DNA from: an uncultured Bacillota bacterium
GTDB lineage: Bacteria > Bacillota_I > Bacilli_A > RF39 > UBA660
DNA: 64,000 nucleotides
NCBI GenBank assembly: GCA_947168485.1
Contig: CAMVLZ010000002.1
Coordinates: 36,523-100,522 of the forward strand
Reading direction: 5' to 3'
This document shows, piece by piece, positions 57,131-64,000 of the stretch (positions within the stretch are counted from its first letter, which is position 1; every line of letters starts with the position of its first letter). The position numbers and the translations under genes were made by a program. The notes under the pieces were generated by a model. The model did no database searches and was not told the DNA's origin. It worked only from the letters and a program-made list of their open reading frames with translations.

Positions 57131-58006
57131 ATGTATTCAACTGAAGAATTATTAAAACTTAGAAATTCAGGTAATTATCCAGTTGTTAATCTAAAGATAT
57201 TTGATTCTATAAAGAAAATAAATTTATCAAGCAGAACATTAAATAATTTAGAATATACAGAAGAAGTATATATAGAAAGAATCAATACACTTAAATCTTT
57301 AGATGAAATAGTACAAGATAAGTATTTAAATAAGATTAAAGAAATTGAAAATATGGATAATCAATCTTTAGAAAAAGAAGATTATTTCTTAATAGATTTA
57401 TTTCAAGAAATAACTAATGAGAATCCAATTGACTATTTATTAAATACTGATATGAATAAAGAATCATTTATAGAAGGACATAAATTAATATTAAAAGGTA
57501 CTAGTAGAGATGATTTATCTACTGTAGATCATCGTCATAATAATGATACTTTTATTTCTTGTAAAGGACCTAATGATGAAGTAATTCCATATTATTTTGC
57601 ATTAGATCATAAAGATATTCCTGAAGCTATAGATAGAATTGTAGAATATTATAATTCTAATAGTGATACTAATGTATTTGAAAAAGGTATTATTACTCAT
57701 GGACTTGTAGCAGCTTTACAAATGTTTAATGATGGTAACACTAGATATGCTCGTCTATTACAATATTTAAAAATACATGAATTAAGTAATAAATTATTAA
57801 AAACTGATTCAGATAAACCATTATTATATGGTACAAGAGCATATTTCCCATTTAGAGGAGATTATAGACAAAAAATGGCTGATTTAGTAACAGAAGGTAA
57901 TAATGATGCTTGGAATGATTGGATTAATTTCAATTTAAATAGAATTCAAGATAGAATGTCTTATGAAGAACCAAAAATAGAAAGAGTTAAAACTCTATTA
58001 AAATAA
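57131..58006 (+). CDS. Fic/DOC-fold protein with a degenerate active-site motif
   Basis: QMFNDGNTRYAR aligns to HPFx(D/E)GNGRxxR. F, D, G, N and both R residues are kept, but the catalytic His is Gln. Confidence 0.6.
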   Translation: MYSTEELLKLRNSGNYPVVNLKIFDSIKKINLSSRTLNNLEYTEEVYIERINTLKSLDEIVQDKYLNKIKEIENMDNQSLEKEDYFLIDLFQEITNENPIDYLLNTDMNKESFIEGHKLILKGTSRDDLSTVDHRHNNDTFISCKGPNDEVIPYYFALDHKDIPEAIDRIVEYYNSNSDTNVFEKGIITHGLVAALQMFNDGNTRYARLLQYLKIHELSNKLLKTDSDKPLLYGTRAYFPFRGDYRQKMADLVTEGNNDAWNDWINFNLNRIQDRMSYEEPKIERVKTLLK

Positions 58007-58035
58007 AAAAGATGGCTTATTTTAAGCCATCTTTT
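58007..58035. terminator. bidirectional terminator
   Basis: AAAAGATGGCTTA-TTT-TAAGCCATCTTTT. It overlaps the proS stop. Confidence 0.75.
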
Positions 58036-59714
58036 ACGTATGTAACAATCTTTTTAACTACATCTTTTGAAGATACTTCTAAAGTATTATCATTTCTTCT
58101 TTCTTTCCATTCAACTATACCATCTTCTGCTTTCTTACCTACAGTTATTCTTAATGGTATACCTATTAAATCCATATCTTTAAATTTAACTCCAGCTCTT
58201 TCATCTCTATTATCATAGATAACTTCAATACCTTTCTTAGTTAAATCATTATATATTTTTTCAGCTAATTTAGTTTGAGTTTTATCTTTCATATTAATTT
58301 GAACTAAACTAACTTGATATGGAGCTATATTCATAGGTAGAATCATACCATTCTTATCATTATTTTGTTCAATAATAGAAGCTAATATTCTACCTGGTCC
58401 AATACCATAAGAACCCATAATTGGATATTGTTCTTGGTTATTTTCATCTAAATAAGTAATACCTAAATCTCTACAATAATGATCTCCTAATTTAAATAAA
58501 TTACCTATTTCAATACCATGTTTAAAGTAAATATTACCTCCACACTTAGGACAAATATCTCCTTCAACAACATTAGCAATATCTCCAACTATATCATAAT
58601 TAATATCTTTAACATTTGCATTAATATAATGATAATCAGTCTTATTAGCACCACAAACAAAATTCTTCATATGAAGTACTTCTTCATCAACAACAACTGT
58701 ACAACCAGTTAATCCAACAGGACCAGTATATCCAGGTGCTGCATTAGATTCAGCTATTTGTTCATCATTAGCAAAACCAATCTCTTTACCACCCATTAAT
58801 TTTAATGCTTTTTCTTCATTTAAAGAACGATCTCCTCTAACAAAGAATATAGTTAATTTACCATCTACATGCATTAATAATGCTTTAACAGTATGCTTAA
58901 TATCAACATTTAAAAAATCAATAACATCTTCTATAGTGTGAGCATCAGGAGTATGAACCATTTCCATTTCTTTCTCTTCTTCTTCAACATCTAATATTTT
59001 ATAAGAAGCAACTTCCATATTAGAAGCATAATCACATTTATCACATAAAACTAATATATCTTCACCAATATCAGTAATTGCTTGATACTCTTCTGATAAA
59101 GTACCACCCATCGCACCAACAGAAGCTCTAACTATTTTATAATTAATATCCATACGATCAAATACATTACAATATGCATCATACATCTTCTTATAAGATT
59201 CATTTTGCATCTCTTCATCTCTATCAAAAGTATATGCATCTTTCATAATAAATTCTTTAACTCTAATTAATGCATATCTAGGACGTATTTCATCTCTAAA
59301 TTTATCAGCTTGTTGATATAGATTAAATGGTAAATCTTTATAACTTTTTAAATACATAGAAGCTGCTATAGCAAATAATTCTTCATGAGTAGGACCTAAT
59401 ACCATATTAGTATTCTTTCTATCATGTAATTTAAACATACTATCTCCAAAAGCTTCTACTCTACCACATTTTTCATAATACTCTCTAGGTATTAATGAAG
59501 GCATTAAAACTTCCATTGCTCCTGCAGCATCCATTTCTTCTTTAATAATCTTTTTAATTTTATCTAAAACTCTTAATCCTAATGGCAAATACATATAAAT
59601 ACCTGCCCCAACCTTTTTTATCATTCCACTACGTACTAATAAATTACCACTAGTACTATCTTCATCTTTAGCATCTTCACGTAATGTGAAAAAATAATTT
59701 TTATCTAATTTCAT
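58017..59714 (-). CDS. proS: prolyl-tRNA synthetase (bacterial type with an insertion domain)
   Basis: Class II motifs (FRDEIRPRYALIRVKEF, GSYGIGPGR). 565 aa, with a T-box carrying a CCU specifier upstream. Confidence 0.93.
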   Translation of the reverse strand: MKLDKNYFFTLREDAKDEDSTSGNLLVRSGMIKKVGAGIYMYLPLGLRVLDKIKKIIKEEMDAAGAMEVLMPSLIPREYYEKCGRVEAFGDSMFKLHDRKNTNMVLGPTHEELFAIAASMYLKSYKDLPFNLYQQADKFRDEIRPRYALIRVKEFIMKDAYTFDRDEEMQNESYKKMYDAYCNVFDRMDINYKIVRASVGAMGGTLSEEYQAITDIGEDILVLCDKCDYASNMEVASYKILDVEEEEKEMEMVHTPDAHTIEDVIDFLNVDIKHTVKALLMHVDGKLTIFFVRGDRSLNEEKALKLMGGKEIGFANDEQIAESNAAPGYTGPVGLTGCTVVVDEEVLHMKNFVCGANKTDYHYINANVKDINYDIVGDIANVVEGDICPKCGGNIYFKHGIEIGNLFKLGDHYCRDLGITYLDENNQEQYPIMGSYGIGPGRILASIIEQNNDKNGMILPMNIAPYQVSLVQINMKDKTQTKLAEKIYNDLTKKGIEVIYDNRDERAGVKFKDMDLIGIPLRITVGKKAEDGIVEWKERRNDNTLEVSSKDVVKKIVTYVKDGLK

Positions 59715-59794
59715 ATTTTCCTCCTATTATAATTATTATTTTTGCTAAAGACAATATCGGTCGTTTCATCATCATAATCATTTCCCCTTCAAAT

Positions 59795-59990
59795 AAAAAA
59801 AAAATGGTACAAGGAGCGCAATGCACGGTACCATCCTATTTTTCTCTCTTATTGATAACGGATTATCATCCGAAAATACTTTCATATTTTACTCATGGGT
59901 AGGAATATAATACTATTATTACTTAGTCTCACCAAACCTAAGTTCTCTTAAAATAATTAATTATTATACTGTGTCCCAGTCATCGCATTT
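59795..59990 (-). promoter_or_regulatory. T-box leader (Pro, CCU specifier) with an intrinsic terminator
   Basis: Minus strand: GCGAUGA (GA/K-turn), AGAGA, GGUGAGA, then ...UUCCUACCC (CCU followed by a purine). The T-box is AAUAGGAUGGUACCGUG, and the terminator is AUGGUAC...GUACCAU+U10. Confidence 0.85.
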
Positions 59991-59995
59991 CAAAT

Positions 59996-60024
59996 AATAT
60001 ATATTAAAAATTAATAATTGTCAA
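59996..60024 (-). promoter_or_regulatory. promoter of the proS T-box leader
   Basis: TTGACA, 17 nt, TATATT on the minus strand. Confidence 0.55.
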
Positions 60025-60026
60025 TA

Positions 60027-62648
60027 TTATTTTGCTTCATACCAATTAGATCCAGTCTCTATCTCTACTTTTAATGGTACTTGTAATTTAAAAGTATTCT
60101 CCATTATTTCTTTTACTAAAGATTTAACTTCATCTAATTCATCATTTTTAACATTTAATATTAACTCATCATGTACTTGTAATAATATCTTAGAAGATAA
60201 GCCTCTATTATTAAGTTCTTCATATAATTCAACCATAGCTTTCTTCAATATATCAGCAGCAGTACCTTGAATAGGTGTATTAAGAGCCATTCTCTCTCCA
60301 CTTTGTCTAACCATATAATTTGAACTCTTCAACTCATCAATAACTCTTCTTCTATTCATTAATGTAGTAACATAACCATTCTTATATGCTTCATCTTTTT
60401 CTTGTCTCATATATTCACTAATACCAGGAAAAGCCTCTAAATATTTATCAATAAACTCTTTAGCCTCACCTACATTTATTCCTAAGTCTTCAGATAATCC
60501 AAAAGAACTAATTCCATAGATAATACCAAAGTTAACTGCTTTAGCAGTTCTTCTCATAGATTTATCTACTTCATTCATAGGAACATGATATATATCACTA
60601 GCAGTCTTAGTATGAATATCTTTATCTTCTCTAAATGCCTCAATCATATTAGTAGCATTAGCCATAGAAGCAAATACTCTTAATTCTACTTGAGAATAAT
60701 CAGAAGAAAGAAGTACTGAATCCTCATCTGGTATAAATGCTTTTCTAACTAATCTTCCATAATCATCACGAGCAGGAATATTTTGAAGATTTGGACTAAT
60801 ACTAGAAAGACGTCCTGTACGAGTTAATGTTTGAGTGTAAGTTGTATGAATTCTACCATCTTCTCTAATCTCATTAATTAATCCTACAGCATAATTACTA
60901 TATAATTTAGATAACATTCTATACTCTAATACTTTATCTACAATAGGATTAACAAAACTAATCTTATCTAATATATCTTTACTAGTAGAATACTTATTAT
61001 TCTTAATCTTCTTTGGATAAGGAATTTCTAATTCTACAAAAAGTACATCAGCTAATTGAGCAGGAGACATAATATTAAATTCATGACCAGAAATACTATA
61101 AATTTCTTTTTCTACAGAAGACATTTTCTCTTCTAATTCATTCTTTACATCTTCTAAATAATCTCTATCTACTTTAATACCTTCTATCTCCATTGAAGCT
61201 AATACTCTAACTAGTTTCATTTCTATATCATTAAATAATCCTTCTTCATTATATTCTTTTATTTTATTTAATAATTCTTCTTTAGTATCAAATATAAATT
61301 TAGATTTACTAGCAGTAATCTCTTTCAAATCATCTAAACTAACTTCAATAGGTCTTTTAATACTACCATAAATATCTCCATATAAAGGAATCTCATAATC
61401 CATACTTCTAGCAAGAACTGCTATATCATCTTTAACTATATAATCACATAAATAAGCAGCAATCTCACTATCATATAAACAATTATTAATAGAAATACCA
61501 TAATTATTTAATACAACAATAGCTTTCTTTAAATCATATGTCATCTTAGAAGTATTATTTTCAAATATAGATTTATATTTTAATATAGAATCTTTATCTA
61601 TAAAATATGAATATTCTCCATCATATAGAGAAATACCAAGTACTTCACTCTTACTATAAATTTCTCCTCTAGTTTCTATATAGAAAGAAAACTCTTTATC
61701 ACTATTAAATTCACTAATATCTTTAATTTCTATATCATTAGATTTTATCTCTTCTACTTCTACATTATTAGAAGTAACTTCTCCTAATAAATCATATTTT
61801 CTAAGTAAAGATCTAAACTCTAATTCTTCTAATATCTTCTTAAATTTAATATTATCTATACCTTTATATTTACAATCTTTAAGTCCCAATTCTAACTTAA
61901 TATCTTTAACTATAGTCGCAAGTTCTAATGATTTATAGCAATTATCTTTATCATTAATAAGTTTTTCTTTCATCTTACCTTTAATTTCATCTATATGATC
62001 ATATAAATTATCTATATTATCATATTCTTTAAGTAATTTAATCGCAGTCTTTTCACCTATACCAGCTACACCAGGAATATTATCAGATGTATCTCCCATA
62101 AGTGCTTTTAAATCTATCATACGAATAGGTTCAATCTCATAAGTAGCTTTAAAAGTATCTCTATCCATTATTAAATAATCATTACTTTTAATTACTTTAA
62201 CTACTACATCATCTTCTATTAATTGAAGTAAATCTTTATCACTACTTACTATTTCACATTCAAAATCTTTATCTTTATGAGCTAAACTAGATAAAGTACC
62301 AATAATATCATCTGCTTCATAATTATCCATTTCATAGTACTTAATACCCATCGCATTAAGTACTTCTTTAGCAACAGGAAATTGTTGCTTTAACTCATCT
62401 GGAGTATCACTTCTACCAGCTTTATATTCAGAATAAGCTGAATGTCTAAAAGTTTTACCCTTATCAAAAGCAACTAATATATACTCAGGTTTTTCTTCCC
62501 TAATAATCTTATTCATCATATTAATAAAACCATATAAAGCATTAGTAGGAAATCCCTTACTATTTCTCATTATTACTCCAGAATATGCAGTAGCATAATA
62601 AGTTCTAAATACTAAATTATTACCATCTACTAATAAAATTTTATTCAT
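60027..62648 (-). CDS. polA: DNA polymerase I
   Basis: 5'-nuclease N-terminus (LLVDGNNLVFR) and polymerase motifs DYSQVELRV and QVHDELI. ATG at 62648 is preceded by GGTGA. Confidence 0.95.
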   Translation of the reverse strand: MNKILLVDGNNLVFRTYYATAYSGVIMRNSKGFPTNALYGFINMMNKIIREEKPEYILVAFDKGKTFRHSAYSEYKAGRSDTPDELKQQFPVAKEVLNAMGIKYYEMDNYEADDIIGTLSSLAHKDKDFECEIVSSDKDLLQLIEDDVVVKVIKSNDYLIMDRDTFKATYEIEPIRMIDLKALMGDTSDNIPGVAGIGEKTAIKLLKEYDNIDNLYDHIDEIKGKMKEKLINDKDNCYKSLELATIVKDIKLELGLKDCKYKGIDNIKFKKILEELEFRSLLRKYDLLGEVTSNNVEVEEIKSNDIEIKDISEFNSDKEFSFYIETRGEIYSKSEVLGISLYDGEYSYFIDKDSILKYKSIFENNTSKMTYDLKKAIVVLNNYGISINNCLYDSEIAAYLCDYIVKDDIAVLARSMDYEIPLYGDIYGSIKRPIEVSLDDLKEITASKSKFIFDTKEELLNKIKEYNEEGLFNDIEMKLVRVLASMEIEGIKVDRDYLEDVKNELEEKMSSVEKEIYSISGHEFNIMSPAQLADVLFVELEIPYPKKIKNNKYSTSKDILDKISFVNPIVDKVLEYRMLSKLYSNYAVGLINEIREDGRIHTTYTQTLTRTGRLSSISPNLQNIPARDDYGRLVRKAFIPDEDSVLLSSDYSQVELRVFASMANATNMIEAFREDKDIHTKTASDIYHVPMNEVDKSMRRTAKAVNFGIIYGISSFGLSEDLGINVGEAKEFIDKYLEAFPGISEYMRQEKDEAYKNGYVTTLMNRRRVIDELKSSNYMVRQSGERMALNTPIQGTAADILKKAMVELYEELNNRGLSSKILLQVHDELILNVKNDELDEVKSLVKEIMENTFKLQVPLKVEIETGSNWYEAK

Positions 62649-62703
62649 AATAATCACCACTTTTAGTATAACATATTAACAATCATTTTAGATATTTAAT
62701 TTT

Positions 62704-62719
62704 AGAAACATTTGTTTGA
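62704..62719. promoter_or_regulatory. candidate LexA (Cheo-like) operator overlapping the lexA -35
   Basis: AGAAACATTTGTTTGA is an AAC-N4-GTT imperfect palindrome (about 10/14 to CGAACATATGTTCG). It overlaps TTGACA at 62716-62721 in the polA-lexA divergent region. Confidence 0.4.
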
Positions 62720-62774
62720 CAAACATATATACTATATGATAGTATGATATTAGAAGAAAAGGAGGCTTTAATAA

Positions 62775-63392
62775 ATGGAAAAATTAACACCAAAACAAAA
62801 AGATATTTTAGATATATTAAAAGAACTAATTGCGAAAAATGGATATCCTCCTACTGTTAGAGAGATTGGTAAAAGAGCTAATTTATCATCTCCCGCTACT
62901 ATTCATTTTCATCTAAAACAATTAGAAAAGAAAGGATATATCAAACAAGGAGAAAATAAAAATAGAACATTAAAATTATTAGTACCTAATGAATTTGAAG
63001 AAAATAATGATGAAGTTATCTCGGTACCATTACTTGGTAAAGTTACTGCAGGATCACCTATAGAAGCAATAGAAACTCCTGATGAATTATTCTCTCTACC
63101 TGCTTATCTATTTAGTGGAAAGAAAGAAATATTTACTTTAAAAGTATCTGGAGAATCAATGATAAACGTAGGTATCTATGATGGAGATATCTTAGTAGTA
63201 GAAAGAAAAAACACTGCAATTAATGGAGAAACAGTAGTTGCGATGAATGAAGATAATGAAGTAACTGTAAAAACATTTTATAAAGAAGATGGATACTTCC
63301 GTCTACAACCAGAAAATGATACTATGGAACCAATAATTCTAAAAGAAGTAACTATCTTAGGAAAAGTAATTGGTCTATATAGAAAATTTTAA
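62775..63392 (+). CDS. lexA: LexA repressor
   Basis: wHTH (GYPPTVREIGKRANLSSPATIHFHLKQLEKKGYI), cleavage region, and Ser (VSGESM) and Lys (VTVKTF) of the S24 peptidase. Confidence 0.93.
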   Translation: MEKLTPKQKDILDILKELIAKNGYPPTVREIGKRANLSSPATIHFHLKQLEKKGYIKQGENKNRTLKLLVPNEFEENNDEVISVPLLGKVTAGSPIEAIETPDELFSLPAYLFSGKKEIFTLKVSGESMINVGIYDGDILVVERKNTAINGETVVAMNEDNEVTVKTFYKEDGYFRLQPENDTMEPIILKEVTILGKVIGLYRKF

Positions 63393-63399
63393 TAAACAA

Positions 63400-63425
63400 A
63401 AAAAACGCATAAATGCGTTTTTTAT
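63400..63425. terminator. bidirectional terminator
   Basis: AAAAACGCAT-AA-ATGCGTTTTTT. Confidence 0.75.
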
Positions 63426-64000
63426 TTTACAAATTCAGATGAAACAAAATAATAATTATCATTTTCTAAATTAAAAGTGTATTTAATTGTAGTTGCTTTA
63501 TCATAATAAGAATCAAGATCATACATATCATTTTTATTCTTTTTAACTTTACCTAATTTATTGTCATCAAGATTCTCAATAGAACATTCATTAGTTTCTG
63601 GATCACATTCTAAGTGAAGTATTTTTACATTAATTTCAGCTTTATCTTCATACTTAATTCCATCAACATATTTTTTCTCATAATGGTCAAATCTCCAACC
63701 AACATCACAACCAAATGGATCTAACATATATGGATTACTTTCACCAGAACCATTTACTGTGAAACATCCTGCTCCAGCTTGAGTTACCGCAAGATTACTA
63801 ACATATTCTAAACGTGTCTTGCTACCAAACATTTCCTTAACTCTATCACTAACCACTTTCCATTTAATAGAATATTGATTACCCATATCATCTTGAGTAG
63901 ATGGTGTATTTGTTTTTTCTATATTATCCTTTAATAACAATTCATATCCTATAGCATACTTAATCTTGCTTTCACTAGATATACTATCAGCTTCCAACTT
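63422..64000 (-). CDS. hypothetical protein, partial (N-terminus outside the window)
   Basis: The ORF is open to the window edge. It is Cys-containing, and I recognise no family. Confidence 0.5.
   Translation of the reverse strand, partial: KLEADSISSESKIKYAIGYELLLKDNIEKTNTPSTQDDMGNQYSIKWKVVSDRVKEMFGSKTRLEYVSNLAVTQAGAGCFTVNGSGESNPYMLDPFGCDVGWRFDHYEKKYVDGIKYEDKAEINVKILHLECDPETNECSIENLDDNKLGKVKKNKNDMYDLDSYYDKATTIKYTFNLENDNYYFVSSEFVK

Noticed and set aside
1106-58712. Nineteen short ORFs in the track lie inside or antisense to longer genes: 1106-1357+, 1893-2246+, 2742-3047+, 6422-6610-, 15179-15481+, 21654-21857-, 22140-22361-, 25846-26187+, 35363-35566+, 36440-36631+, 40819-41034+, 41791-42024-, 43629-44075+, 44981-45199+, 45976-46176-, 46527-46895+, 47906-48211+, 58012-58218+ and 58518-58712+.
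   Set aside because: Each lies entirely within a longer ORF that has clear family motifs or better start signals. Their translations are Ile/Leu/Phe/Asn/Ser low complexity, as expected for off-frame or antisense reading of AT-rich DNA. None has a convincing SD.
59701-59781. A 26-aa upstream ORF (MIMMMKRPILSLAKIIIIIGGKYEIR) lies between the T-box terminator and proS and overlaps the proS start out of frame.
   Set aside because: The GGGG run sits only 2-3 nt from its ATG. The peptide is an Ile-run artefact of the AT-rich ATAATTATAATAGG block. T-box regulation needs no leader peptide.
17346-62660. The ORF track gives N-terminal extensions for uvrC (19172), ftsK (21684), murE (39724), the giant pilin (43123), murB (50464), pyk (55946), mutM (56730), polA (62660), yqeH (34605) and others.
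   Set aside because: The extended starts are TTG/GTG/ATG codons lying inside the SD, inside upstream terminators or inside the preceding gene. In each case an internal ATG sits 5-9 nt after a GGAGG/GGTGA-type SD and restores the canonical family N-terminus, for example MPEKPEV for Fpg and MKSKGFTMIE for the pilin.
1-64000. Given the extreme AT content, I considered the possibility that this is a Mollicutes-type genome using genetic code 4.
   Set aside because: TGA functions as a stop (murG, yqeG and the 517-aa ORF end in TGA). All conserved genes are full length under the standard code. A complete set of peptidoglycan and division genes is present.
1-64000. I looked for CRISPR arrays, rRNA, IS elements, integrases, prophage or defence-system genes.
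   Set aside because: I found no regularly spaced direct repeats, no rRNA-like conserved blocks, and no ORF with transposase, recombinase, nuclease or ATPase-defence motifs. The only long repeats are the twin leaders, the pilin tandem duplication and in-frame protein repeats.

Overview
This is a very AT-rich chromosomal segment (spot counts of 60-nt lines give about 20-25% GC) from a low-GC Gram-positive bacterium (Bacillota). It uses the standard genetic code, since TGA serves as a stop, and almost all genes lie on the minus strand. The core genes show Bacillus-like synteny: an RNase J-like gene, rnc, yidD, rpsT, mutL-miaA, uvrC, ftsK, rpmG-efp (rpmG is 54 aa and missing from the ORF track), a class B PBP, dnaG-sigA-trmK, yqeG-yqeH, murE, murG-murB-divIB-ftsA-ftsZ, tmcAL, pyk, mutM, proS behind a T-box leader (CCU specifier), polA and lexA. 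There is one tRNA-Arg(CCU). I saw no rRNA, CRISPR array, transposase, integrase or phage genes. The accessory content gives three main observations. (1) Two nearly identical promoter-aptamer-terminator leaders sit about 21 kb apart (1757-1907 and 23180-23330). Their conserved strings and helices resemble a reduced yybP-ykoY (Mn2+) riboswitch, yet each drives a monocistronic gene that is not a transporter: a His/Tyr/acidic coiled-coil protein and a transglutaminase-like protein. (2) The window holds a dispersed set of type IV pilin-like genes but no assembly ATPase, platform protein or prepilin peptidase. The set comprises a five-gene cluster between trmK and the PBP gene (four prepilins, including a tandem duplication, and one anchored pilin-head protein), a 615-aa giant prepilin next to a membrane-anchored C1 peptidase-LRR protein wedged into the dcw cluster, and a 457-aa zinc-ribbon membrane protein carrying a second pilin head without a prepilin signal. 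(3) Several proteins keep recognisable folds but have lost catalytic or ligand residues (arginase-like, Fic-like, PsaA/TroA-like, RNase J2-like). One gene (51601-52863) has about twice the background GC. All family calls come from motif recognition by eye, and no searches were run.
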